A stretch of DNA of 64,000 nucleotides from a bacterium (GTDB lineage: Bacteria > Bacteroidota > Bacteroidia > UKL13-3): contig JAWXAZ010000121.1 in the NCBI GenBank assembly GCA_034439755.1, positions 8,412 to 72,411 of the forward strand, written 5' to 3'. Made by a program: the position numbers and the translations under genes. The notes below the pieces were generated by a model. The model did no database searches. It saw only the letters and a list, made by a program, of their open reading frames with translations, and was not told where the DNA came from. This document shows positions 1 through 10,900 of this stretch, in pieces. The stretch's first letter is position 1. Each line of letters starts with the position of its first letter.

Positions 1-218
1 CACTAATTTAAAAAGCCTGCTTTTAATGGTCGGCTAAACAATCAAATAAAAATTTTAGTTTTAATAAAATCAGGAAAATCGGCATTTTTAAGGGTATTTT
101 AAGTAAAGTTTTTGAGGCCAAATTTTCTTTGTAAAAATATGGTCATTCAGCAAATAATTTCAAACATAGTTTAGCCGTTTTAGGTTTAATGCTTTTACTA
201 ATAAAAATAATTTAACAC

Positions 219-1160
219 ATGAAATCAAACATTTTAAAAGCGACCTTATTAAGCCTAAGCTTAAGCACATTACTATTGGCATCGTGTTCTAAAGACGATG
301 AAAAAACCCCCACCCCTGCTACACCAGCCCTAAAAAGCATTTATGAAGTGGCCAGCTCTGATACTACATTTAGTATTTTAGTAGCTGCCATTAACAAAGC
401 TGGTTTAAAGGAAACATTGTCGAATGCTGGCACATACACCGCTTTTGCACCAAACAACCAAGCATTCAGAAATGATGGTATTTCAGAAAGTGCTGTTAAT
501 GCAATTACAACACCAGAAGACATACTAGCATTAAAAAATCTGTTGCTATACCATGTTTTAGGTTCAAAAGTAAAATCAACAGATATTACCAATGCTTATG
601 TAGCTACCTTATTTACCGTTTCTGGAAATGGAGCTTCGTTAAGAACCAGCATTAACCCAGTAAAGTTAAACAACGAAACAAATGTAGTGGCTGCAAACAT
701 TGAAGCCAGCAATGGACTCGTTCATGTTATTGATCAAGTATTGGCTCCCCAATCACTAGTTGATATTGCATTAAACAACCCCGCATTTACCACTTTGGTT
801 TCGGCATTAAGCAAAGCAGAATTAGTTGCCACTTTAGAAGATATAACGATAGCAACTGTTTTTGCTCCTACCAATGATGCCTTTAATGCAATTAGTTTTG
901 ATTTAGCTAATTTTACAAAAGAGCAATTAACACCAATTCTAACCTCTCATGTTTTAAGTACTCAGGTTAGGGCTTCTCAAATCAATAATGGCGACCAGGT
1001 AACTACCCTAAATCCTTCCACTAAACTAACTTTTAACACACTTTCGGGAGTTAAGTTTAACGGCGGCGAAGTTACCGACATATCAGTTACCGCAGCCGAT
1101 ATTCAAGCAACTAATGGCGTGGTTCACGTAATCAATAAAGTAGTATTGCCTTTGAGATAA
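219..1160 (+). CDS. Fasciclin (FAS1) domain lipoprotein with two FAS1 repeats
   Basis: ORF-track translation has a lipoprotein-type signal (LLLASCSKDDE). Two repeated FAS1-like blocks are present (TAFAPNNQAF...LLYHVL and TVFAPTNDAF...LTSHVL). ATG at 219. Confidence 0.75.
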   Translation: MKSNILKATLLSLSLSTLLLASCSKDDEKTPTPATPALKSIYEVASSDTTFSILVAAINKAGLKETLSNAGTYTAFAPNNQAFRNDGISESAVNAITTPEDILALKNLLLYHVLGSKVKSTDITNAYVATLFTVSGNGASLRTSINPVKLNNETNVVAANIEASNGLVHVIDQVLAPQSLVDIALNNPAFTTLVSALSKAELVATLEDITIATVFAPTNDAFNAISFDLANFTKEQLTPILTSHVLSTQVRASQINNGDQVTTLNPSTKLTFNTLSGVKFNGGEVTDISVTAADIQATNGVVHVINKVVLPLR

Positions 1161-1213
1161 GGTTCAATAGCAATTGAGGTGAACTTTAGCAAAATCAATT
1201 TCTAAAATATAAT

Positions 1214-1897
1214 TCAGAAACAACAATAGGAGCCGTGTAAATTATTACACGGCTCTTTGTTGGGTAAATTTTTATTCAAAGGATTCTTCTCTGATTTTTT
1301 AATTCCAGCACAAATAACCCAATTCAGCAAGAATAGCAAAACCAAAAGTAACAGAAGTGTAATTACAAGCCCCATACCAGCTACAATCGACCCAAGAAGT
1401 GCTAAAAAAAGCAAAAAAGAAAGTGCTCACCCAATAATTAATCCAGTTACCGCCTTTCCTATTACCTGCTCTTTACTAAGCTTGATTTCCTTTAATGACT
1501 TTACTCCTAAATAAAATGCGAGAGGAGCGAGTGCAGCATGCAAAACCAATAGAAATACAAAAAGAGAAATTACACCTAAAATAAGTGCCCATTTAGCATA
1601 ATAATTCTTTGGCTCATTTCTTTTTGCCTGTTTGTTAGCAGATTTTAACGCTTGCGAGTTTCTAACAGTTTTGAACCAACTGAATCAGTTGTAATAGTTG
1701 AATGGTTATAATACCAATTTAGGATCAACCAGACTACCCAAACTAGCACTCAATTGAGGCACAGCGAGGTTGGAAAAAGCCACAGAAGATTCAAGTGTTA
1801 TGCTGCTTTTAGCGTCGGCCATTCCTTGCTCCCTCTTCCCTATCTGAACCTTTACACGATAGCCATAATGGGTATTGTAAGCCAAATTAAGCAGCAT
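1214..1897 (-). pseudogene. Possible decayed gene. One reading frame carries about 230 sense codons interrupted by TAA (1706-1708), TGA (1685-1687) and TGA (1427-1429). It encodes a two-TM small membrane protein fragment.
   Basis: Hand translation of the minus strand gives ...NEPKNYYAKWALILGVISLFVFLLVLHAALAPLAFYLGVKSLKEIKLSKEQVIGKAVTGLIIG* with no ATG start. It is in the same frame as track ORFs 1706..1897 and 1214..1414. Confidence 0.3.
1229..1263 (+). terminator. Rho-independent terminator after the fasciclin gene
   Basis: 10-bp inverted repeat GAGCCGTGTA / TACACGGCTC with an 8-nt loop, followed by a TTTGTTGGG T-run. Confidence 0.6.
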
Positions 1898-2112
1898 ACC
1901 TATCAGAATTAGAAAACTACCTAAATGCTTTAGACGTTGTATAATTTTTGGTAAATTAAAATCAATTGCTAAGGCAATGAATAGCGAAAGGCAATTATTA
2001 GATGGCAGTTGATTTTTTCTTTCTTAAAACAACTTTGATATAAAGGTTCGCTAAATTTGCGATCAATGCAATCTAAGACCAAATGAGATTAATGGAGGGT
2101 ATTACCAAACAA

Positions 2113-2150
2113 AAAAACACATAAAATGCTGTATTTCATGTGTTTTTTTG
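2113..2150. terminator. Hairpin plus T7 run, the likely terminator just 3' of tRNA-Arg (works in both directions)
   Basis: AAACACAT ... ATGTGTTT stem flanked by an A7 run upstream and a T7 run downstream. Confidence 0.55.
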
Positions 2151-2158
2151 TAAAAAAG

Positions 2159-2230
2159 TAGTCTCGACGAGAATCGAACTCATATCAAATGTTTAGGAAA
2201 CATCTATTCTATCCATTGAACTACGAGACC
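2159..2230 (-). tRNA. tRNA-Arg (anticodon CCT)
   Basis: The reverse complement folds as a cloverleaf. Acceptor GGTCTCG/CGAGAC(T), D-arm GTTC-AATGGATA-GAAT, anticodon stem GATGT/ACATT with loop TTCCTAA (anticodon CCT), T-arm ATGAG-TTCGATT-CTCGT. No encoded CCA. Confidence 0.8.
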
Positions 2231-2275
2231 AAGGGGCTGCAAATATAATGGAATTAGGTCCTCAGAAAAAAATGT

Positions 2276-4237
2276 TTACCGAATTATCAATTTTTCTTGA
2301 TGCACAGCACCGAATTCATTTAGCACTTGTAGAAAATAAACACCAGATTTTAATGCACTGAGGTCAATTAATTCGCCCTCTTTTTTAATGCCCACAAAAC
2401 AGGTTTTTCCTTGCTGGTCAAAAATGCTAATATTGGCCCAAGCGCCTCCAAATCCTTTCAAGTATAATTTTCCATCGCTCGGGTTTGGATAAGCAACAAA
2501 CTTAGTAAGCGAGTTCTCCATTCCTAAAGAAGACAATAAACTTGTATCGGCAACCACAGAAGAGTTCTTTAAAATCCAGTTTTCTGGATCAAACTTAACC
2601 GACAGTATTTTGCCTATAACAGGAACAAAGTAACCATTAGACAAAGCATTTTGCGTGAGATAAATGGTGCTATCGCCACTTAAGCGCGTAACCACAAAAG
2701 GCAATGGTAAATCAAATACATTGCTGCTTTGCTGCGCATTATTTTGTAAAATAGAAACTATAAACTGCCCATCAATTTGGTTCCATTTAACCGTATAATT
2801 TGGAAAACCTGCACCATAAATCCATTGGTTAAAAAAGTAATCATAATTTTTGCCGCTTAACTCATTTACCAGCAAGCGAAAATCATTGGTACTCGCAGTT
2901 GCATTGGCAAATCTAGTTTGGTAAGTTTTACAAACGTTAAAAAACATACTATCACCCAGTAAATAATGCAAAACCCTAATTGCAGAACCACCTTTGTTAT
3001 AGGTTAAATTGCTAGAAAAAATACGCGTTACATCGGTGGTATCTGTTACGTAAACAGACCCAATGCCCTTTTTTGCACTGGTATGCATGTCTTTCACCCA
3101 AGTACTTGTATACGCCGCCGATTTCAAATACTTGGCCGCCAAATATTCTGTATACGTAGCAAAGCCCTCATTTAACCAAATATCGCTCCAAGTAGCACAA
3201 GTTACATGGTCGCCAAACCATTGATGACCCAACTCATGCGCCACAATATCAAAATCAAAAATGCCCAAACTCGTCATGGTTTGATGCTCCATACCGCCAC
3301 TAAAAGGCGCCATTACATGTCCGTATTTCTCTTGGTGAAAAGGGTATAAACCAAACAAATCAGAAAACAATTCCAACTGAGGCAAAGCAGCGTCAATACT
3401 CGCTTTATTATTAGAATAAGCCAAAGGATTTGAGTAAATATAATGCTGTATTAAGATGCTATCTGCATAGTTTTTAGGCTTTGCATAACTCAAATATTCT
3501 GTATACTGTCCAACCGTTACCATCACCAAATAATAGGCTGTTGGGTAGTGCGATTCCCAATGATAAACATGCTTGTTGTTGCCCACATACTCTATGTTTT
3601 TCAAAAGGCCATTCGACCCAACCATATTGGCCACATCGGTAGTTACAGAAATAAAAACCGAATCGATTTTATCTTGCAAGGATTGCTTGCAAGGCCACCA
3701 CTCATAAGCGCTATAGGGCTGACTTAAACTCCAGGTTATTTGGTTGCCATAAGTAGGAGAGGCTCTGTTGCTAAAACCATTGCCTATGGCCGCACTAGCA
3801 CCACTTGGGGGCGTTCCGTGGTAAAATATTTGTGTAGTAAAATCTTTTCCGGTCTGAACCGATTGCGCCAATAAAACATAGGCAATATCGCCGGTTCGAA
3901 TAACACTCAACCTTTGGTTATTTGCGCCTAAAACAGAATCGATTGTAAAGTTTGCATGCAACTGAAAAACGAAAGTATCCAAATTTGCTGCCCTCGATTT
4001 AGCCTTAGTAATTACATTGCCAGAAATATAGGTGCTGGTTCTTTCAACGGATAAATTGAGGTGGTGAAAATACACGTCGTACTTTTCCATTTGAATCATT
4101 TCGGAAGGAGTAGCATTAGCCTTGTTGAGTGCACGGGATTGGGCACTCAGTTTGGTTTTAGCACATTGATGTTGCGCTTGTAATTGGTTCAGGCCGAAAA
4201 AAAACAAGAAAGCCAGAACAGATAAAAATTTTTGCAT
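2276..4237 (-). CDS. M1-family zinc aminopeptidase with T9SS C-terminal sorting domain
   Basis: HEXXH (HELGHQWFGD) plus downstream glutamate (WLNEGFATY). GAMEN-like GGMEH exopeptidase motif. N-terminal signal peptide. Por/T9SS-type C-terminal beta-sandwich (…GKLYLKGF…YFLQV…KLIIR). Confidence 0.85.
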   Translation of the reverse strand: MQKFLSVLAFLFFFGLNQLQAQHQCAKTKLSAQSRALNKANATPSEMIQMEKYDVYFHHLNLSVERTSTYISGNVITKAKSRAANLDTFVFQLHANFTIDSVLGANNQRLSVIRTGDIAYVLLAQSVQTGKDFTTQIFYHGTPPSGASAAIGNGFSNRASPTYGNQITWSLSQPYSAYEWWPCKQSLQDKIDSVFISVTTDVANMVGSNGLLKNIEYVGNNKHVYHWESHYPTAYYLVMVTVGQYTEYLSYAKPKNYADSILIQHYIYSNPLAYSNNKASIDAALPQLELFSDLFGLYPFHQEKYGHVMAPFSGGMEHQTMTSLGIFDFDIVAHELGHQWFGDHVTCATWSDIWLNEGFATYTEYLAAKYLKSAAYTSTWVKDMHTSAKKGIGSVYVTDTTDVTRIFSSNLTYNKGGSAIRVLHYLLGDSMFFNVCKTYQTRFANATASTNDFRLLVNELSGKNYDYFFNQWIYGAGFPNYTVKWNQIDGQFIVSILQNNAQQSSNVFDLPLPFVVTRLSGDSTIYLTQNALSNGYFVPVIGKILSVKFDPENWILKNSSVVADTSLLSSLGMENSLTKFVAYPNPSDGKLYLKGFGGAWANISIFDQQGKTCFVGIKKEGELIDLSALKSGVYFLQVLNEFGAVHQEKLIIR

Positions 4238-4295
4238 AATTTAGCTTAAAGAGATTGCCGCAAGTTAACAAAAAAACCTACATTTGCCAGCCTTT

Positions 4296-4383
<88 letters not shown>

Positions 4384-4419
4384 AAACAACTTAAGCCTAA
4401 TTTTGCAAAGCAAAATTGG

Positions 4420-4935
4420 GCTTTGTTGTGCAGAAGCGAGCCAAAACGCAGCGAAGCGAAGTTTTGAGTGAGCAAAGGCGCAACAAAGCCCGCTGCTTGG
4501 AGCGCAGCGGAAAGCAGCAGGCCAAAGTTGCTTTGAAGCCTCCCCCATTGGGATCACGCAGTAATCCCCACACCCCACAAATCCCAAAAAAAGCAAAACA
4601 AGCGAAGCAAAGTTTTGCCCGGGCAAACATCAAAACAAACTCAACCCGAAAATTCACTACCCATAAAAAAGCAAAAATCCCCACTCCCCACAAATCCCTA
4701 AAAAAAGCAAAACAAGCGAAGCAAAGTTTTGCCCGGGCAAACATCAAAACAAACTCAACCCAAAAATTCACTACCCATAAAAAAGCAAAAAGCCCCACTC
4801 CCCACAAATCCCAAAAAAAAGCAAAACAAGCGAAGCAAAGTTTTGCCCGGGCAAACATCAAAACAAACTCAACCCAAAAATTCGCTACCCATAAAAAAGC
4901 AAAAAGCCCCACTCCCCACAAATCCAAAAAAAAAG
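4420..4935. repeat. Tandem 114-bp repeat (three near-identical copies plus one degenerate 5' copy). Each unit carries the perfect palindrome TTTGCCCGGGCAAA.
   Basis: The block GCAAAACAAGCGAAGCAAAGTTTTGCCCGGGCAAACATCAAAACAAACTCAACCC recurs at 4593, 4707 and 4821, an exact 114-bp period. Both strands stay open across it. Confidence 0.85.
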
Positions 4936-4962
4936 GGCCAAATCACAAATGAGCTGGCCCCT
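4926..4962 (-). terminator. Rho-independent terminator of the giant T9SS gene
   Basis: On the minus strand, GGGCCAG...TGGCCC hairpin followed by a T9 run, immediately 3' of the stop at 4989. Confidence 0.6.
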
Positions 4963-4988
4963 TTCCTTACTACAAACGAACCAAGCAA

Positions 4989-7900
4989 TTACCTCTTAAC
5001 CAACTTCAACACATCAATATCATGAAACCGAATAACCTTCAAAAAATAAATGCCAGCAGAAAGTTCATTCATCTCTTGAACACCAATCGTTGAATTACCT
5101 TGCTCCAAATCCTTTGCAAAAGATAACACCATTTTTCCATTCAAATCAAGCACTTCAATTACCGCACTTCCACTTTCATTGTTGTTAAAGTTCAAAGTTA
5201 AACCGCTTTCAAAAGGATTAGGGAAAGCTTCCACAAAACCAGATAATATTTTACTTTCCTGAACCAACCTAATATCAGATAAGGTCTCCTGCCCGTCTAA
5301 ATCAACCTGACGAAGGCGATAATATAATTGGCTTGTTTGCGCATCAACAAATGAATTAACATCCTTAAAATTATAAGAAACTGCAGTATTGCTATTCCCC
5401 TTTCCAGCTACAAAATCAATGGCCGTAAAGATTCTTCCGTCCAAAGAACGTTCAACATAAAAACCGTGGTTGTTTTTCTCCGATGCCGTTACCCAATTTA
5501 ACAAAACATCACCCTCATTTGCCCTGGCAGAGAAGCTACTTAAAGTAACAGGCAAAGGATTGTTATTGCCATCAGTACCCGTAAAGATTCCAAACCCAGT
5601 TTGCGCAGCAGTAGTAAACATTGTGCCTAAAACACCATTGGTAGCAGAAGTATTAATAAGATTCCATGAAGTGCTATATTTAGCAATTTTGGTATTACTT
5701 AATCCAGAAACATCTCCCAAAGTTGAAGAGTCGGCCAACAGGGAGATATTGTAAGAATAACCGCTTCCACCAGTTGCCGCAACATCGAAATACGCATTAT
5801 AGCGTGTTTTGCCTGTTAACAAATTTGGTGCATTGCTGCCACTATAATACCTCAAAGCAACAGAACTAGGTAAGGTTCCTGCACTTCCCCAAGTGATGCT
5901 AGCTATTTGCCTACCACCATAAGTATAAGTTGTAGTGCCATTTGCACTTGGCGAGGCACTAGCAGTGGCCAAAGCAGGAATCACGGAAGGTGTAAATTCC
6001 TGAGAACCTAAATCTGTTGCACCAGATGCGATGCTTACAGACCGCAAAGCATTATTGAAGTCGGAATTTAAACCGCTCAAAGGCAATCCTTTTCCATTGG
6101 CATACCAAGAGTTTGCGTCACTGCTAACAATATTGAGATTGCCTACTAAGGTGTCTGTAAAGAATGTGCTAGCAGGCAAATCACTCGCTAATACATACCA
6201 GTTAGAAGGATAAGTACCTGCGTTGCTATACAAAGTATTATAAACACTTACGCTATTTGCGAAAGTTGCAGGACCTTCTGCCAATTTTGTGGTATCATTT
6301 ACCACATATAAATTATAGTTAACCACAGCAGGCGTAACGCCTGTTAACGAATTTGACCCTGAAGCATAATTTGCGCCAGTTCCATTGATAGTACGTTTGT
6401 TATAAAAGATATTGTTAAACGTTACTACGTTTGCTAAACCAGTACGCTGAATGCAATAGCTATTATTTGAACCAGAAGACACGTTTCCATTGATCAAAAT
6501 ACTGTTATAGTAGTAGTAATTATTGCCTGACCCAGAAACATCCTGGACACCATAAACACGCGTTTCACCGAGGGTGTTTTGCCCCAAGGTAACCTGATTA
6601 TTTCTTACCGTTGAGTTTCCAATTGCTGCATTGTAAATGCCGAAAACTTGATTAGAATTGGCTCCAGTACCTGTGCCATTACCCCATATTCTACTAATCC
6701 TGTTTCTATTGATTAACAAGTTTGTTGCACTTGTTACCGTAATGCCCGAAACAGTATATGCAGAAGTTGATGAATTGGTGTTTTGAATGTTATAAATTTG
6801 GTTGTTTTCTACCACATGGTTAATTCCACCACTCAACTGAATACCCGTAATTAAGAAAGTAAATGCTGTTCCAGAAGCGTTACCAGATATGTCTCTTATG
6901 GTATTTCCATTAATGTTTACAGTTCCACCAGAAACCGTAATACCACTTGTTCTATCGCCAGAGGCTCCATAATAAGCAATGTTTCCAATGGTATTATTAG
7001 AAACCGTTACCGTTCCGCCCGTAATGTTAATGGTTCCATTATCATATCCATTTCTAATGGTATCATAAGGCATTGCACCACCACCAATAGTATTGTTGGC
7101 AATGTTTACCAATCCGCCCGTAACATGAATGGCATTAACAGCTCTAGTTCCACCAGATATATTACTCAAAGTATTATTGGTAATTTGGGTAGCACTGTTT
7201 GAACCAACACTAATGTTCATGCCATAAAATCCAGGTGTAGTGGCTGTGGTTGTCTCAAATGCCGCACCACTTCTGTTTGGAGCAGAACCACCTATGCTAT
7301 TGTTATCAATAACATGTCCGTTTCCGCCCGAAACTTGAAACACATTAAAGATATTTGCCCTAGGTACATTGGTATAAACAGCATTGTTTAGAATTTTCCA
7401 ATTATCGCCCAATCCCGCAGCATTTAAGTTAATGGCATTGAATCCAAAATTGACGACCTCATTGTTAGAAATAACATTGGCATCATTTTCTAACCCTGCA
7501 GTACCAGACGAGCTAATACCCGTATTGTGAACATTGCTAGTGGTTACAGAGCCTAAGGTATCTCTAACAATACAAAAAGTAACCACATTAGAGTCGTTTC
7601 CAGTGCCACCAGAAACGTTAGATGTTGAGAACAGAATGGTGCCTACCGAATTGTTTACACTTTCTACATGACAATAAGCAACAGTATCCTTTTTAGCATC
7701 ATTTAAGAACGTAATGGCATGTCCAGTTTGCACCCTGTTTCTAATTCTCAAAAACCTTCCTGAACCATTAAACCTGCCATCCATTTTTACCCTGTCGGCA
7801 CCATTTAACCTAATTAGTCCAGCAGCATTGTTACCGGCAATTAAGCGCTCGGTTGTGCCATCAGGAATTATGTTAAACATATAATTTCCAGCGCCCGTTT

Positions 7901-10900
7901 CATTAATTTGGTTCAGACCGTTGGTGCCATCTTCTAATAAATCGCTGGTGATAACCGCATTTACATTACTTGTGATTGAACCATTATTAATGGCTTCAAA
8001 TAAACCGCCCACACCTGTTAAACTTGTGAAAGTTTGACCCACCCCTACGTTAATGGTGCCACCTAAACCAGCTACAATTCTGTAAGAAAATAGGGCACTT
8101 GGTGCAGATGTAATGGTGTTTACATTGCTTGCCACTACCCCACCAGGAAGGCTTCCTAAATTACTGCTCAAAGAAGAGTCCTGCGCAACTAAGAAAAAAT
8201 AAATTGAATCGCCCAAACTCAAACCACTTAAAGCTGCCTGAGAAATGGTAAAGTTATAATTGCCGTTTTGGGCATTTCCAAAAACCCTCATTGCCGAAGA
8301 CGATGTAAAAGAACCGGCAGCAAACTTTTTGTAATATACTTTTGGATCATTACCACTCGAAATAGGTATTCCTGTTTGATCTGTAATATTTGCCAAAAAC
8401 ACACGATCTCCTGTTGAAGAAGTATTGCTAACAGCAATATTTCCTATAATTGGTGCAAACACATCTAATTGAACAAAATTACCTGCATCTGCTCCCATAT
8501 CAGAAGGCGAAAAAGAACTGCGATTTTGCCCGTCAAAATCATCTGTAATGGTAGAAATTGCAACCGCACCTCCTTCAATAGGCGTAGCCTGCGTTGGATG
8601 GATATGCAAATCTCCACTTAAAAATGTACCATTGGGGTTAATAAATTGAGGGTTTGCAAAAGTGCTCGCATTATCTGTGCTTAACCAGCCCGTTTGAAAT
8701 GCCGTTACATCTGAAACGCCATTATTTAAACTGCCAAAAACAAAACCTGTTCCTGTACCAAAATAATCGTTGTTATTGAGTGTTAACCCAGTTCCATTTA
8801 ACAAGAAAACATCATAATGCTTGCCAGAACCGTTTGCATTTGATCGGTTATTTACAAAAATATTGTTGCGCACAATATCTGTTCCAGAGCCAGATCTTTG
8901 GAACGCAAAGGTATTGGCATTAGAGTTTGAAATATTTGAACCACCAATGTAAACGCTATTAAAATAAATGCTCAAGTTTCCACTGTTCTTTGTAATTCCT
9001 CTAAAAACACAAGGTACTTGTATGGCCGAACCAAATGAATCAATACCCAAACGAATCATGTTGTTTTGAATAACACCATTACCCGCCGCTATATCCATTC
9101 CCGAAATAAATGCCGATGGATTCATTGCAGCAATATTGATAGTATGAATGTTGTTTCTTCCAACCAAATTAGTGCCCGCACTTGGCGTTGAATAAAAAAT
9201 TCCAACCGCCGTTATGGCACCACTCATGCTTGAACCAATTAAATTGATGTTTGAAATTGAATTGCTTGTAATTATTGCGTTTCCAACGGTTTGATTAACT
9301 GCAATTCCAGCAAGAGTTGAATTTACACCGCCACCTGTTGTATTAGATGCTGTATATAAATTAAATATTCTATTGTTATTAACCGTATAAGACCCCGCAA
9401 TTGTTGGCAACAAGGCAACTCCTCTTGTACATGCAGCTTGCGCACCAGTTGCAGCATAGTAGTTTAAAAAATTGCAAATGATGTTGTTATAAACATTAAA
9501 AACCGGAGTACCTGCATTAGGGTTAATGAAAATTCCAGTAACACGTTGAGCAAATGTAGATGTAGCACTGGTGCTTAATAATTGAATGCTATTTGGCAAT
9601 AATGTATCACCAATCATGTTATTAAAGACATTTATATTAGTACCTGTAAAAAGGTTAATTCCAAAAAATTCAGCAGCATTGCTAGTTGCATTTCCATATA
9701 AATCAAAACCACTGATGATGTTGTTAGCTATATTAAAAGTATTACCAGTGCCACCACCCGTTCTTATTCCCATAGCTCCACCATTTATACCATTAGAAGT
9801 ATAAGTAATAGCCCCGTTTACACTTCTAGAACCAATTAAATTTCCTGTAAGCGTGCCACAATTTACATTTCCGTTTGCCAAATTGATACCCAAAAAATTA
9901 ATTGCGCTTCCGCCTGTACTCGCCACATTAACGTTGCTTATCGTATTTCCCTGAATAGAGGTTGGTGTACCCAAACCTACAGAAATGTCCATCACATTAA
10001 ACAAATAACCATTTGTACCAGTAAGGGTATAGCTACCAGTACCAGAGGCATTATTTCCACCAATAAAATTATGATGAATAATAAAACCACTTGCCGATGT
10101 CAAATTGGCTACGTTAGGTGTAATCCAAAGCACACGGTGCGTTACGGCCAATGTATAGTTTAGCGCATTGCTTTGGTAAAATTTGTTTGAATTGATTTGC
10201 CAGCTACCATTGTTTGCACCCAAATAAACAGCGGCCGTTGCAATACTTGGATGATAGAAATTATAAACTTCACAACTATCAATTATGTTATTGTCGTTAT
10301 TGGTTGCAACCGATGTGGCCGAACCTATGGAAGAAATATTCACAACTGGACTACCTCCAGCATTTTCATGAATATGGCTATAACGAATCAAGTTATTGTC
10401 GTTTCCATTAAACCCAGTTGTTGTTCCAAAACTAACCACACCGGCGCCAAAAACGCCTGTAGCCGTTAAATTATTGGCGCGCAAATCTGTATATAAAATG
10501 CTATTATTCGACGCTTCATTGATAAATCGCATAGCTGGCGCAGTGGTAGTAGCATTGCTAATGATTAGGTTATTTCCTAACATAAAACCTCCCGTTGCAC
10601 CCGGTCTTCCGTCAATCTTTAAATAATTTACCCCATTTAAATCAAGCGTAGCAACATTGTTAAAACTTTCAATCCTGGCAAAATTTCCTATACTAGGACT
10701 AATAGTGACCGTATTAGTAGAAGACGCCCCTGTATAGGAACCTATTGTTATTGGAAACACTTCCCCAGTGGCAGCATTATAAATTGTATCGGTTAAAATA
10801 AAAGTAACAGGACCAGATACGCCTAAAGAACCCAAGTCGCTCACCGCAGCAGTAACAGTTGAATACGTTTGGGTTGAACCAACCAAATAATTACCATTTA

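Noticed and set aside
1257-1514. 85-aa plus-strand ORF
   Set aside because: It is a low-complexity translation opposite the more protein-like minus-strand frame, and is likely spurious.
1427-1687. TGA recoding or an alternative genetic code to explain in-frame TGA codons
   Set aside because: TGA terminates well-supported genes here, for example the M16 gene at 59617-59619 and the M16 partner at 60891-60893. The standard code applies, so pseudogene decay is the better explanation.
4397-5025. Track ORFs 4397..4927(-), 4416..4952(+) and 4729..5025(+), encoding K-rich or Cys/Phe-rich repeats
   Set aside because: They arise because the 114-bp tandem repeat is a multiple of 3 and stop-free in several frames. 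There is no plausible start or ribosome-binding context, and they overlap each other on both strands. They are treated as non-coding repeat, with the K-rich frame kept only as a caveat.
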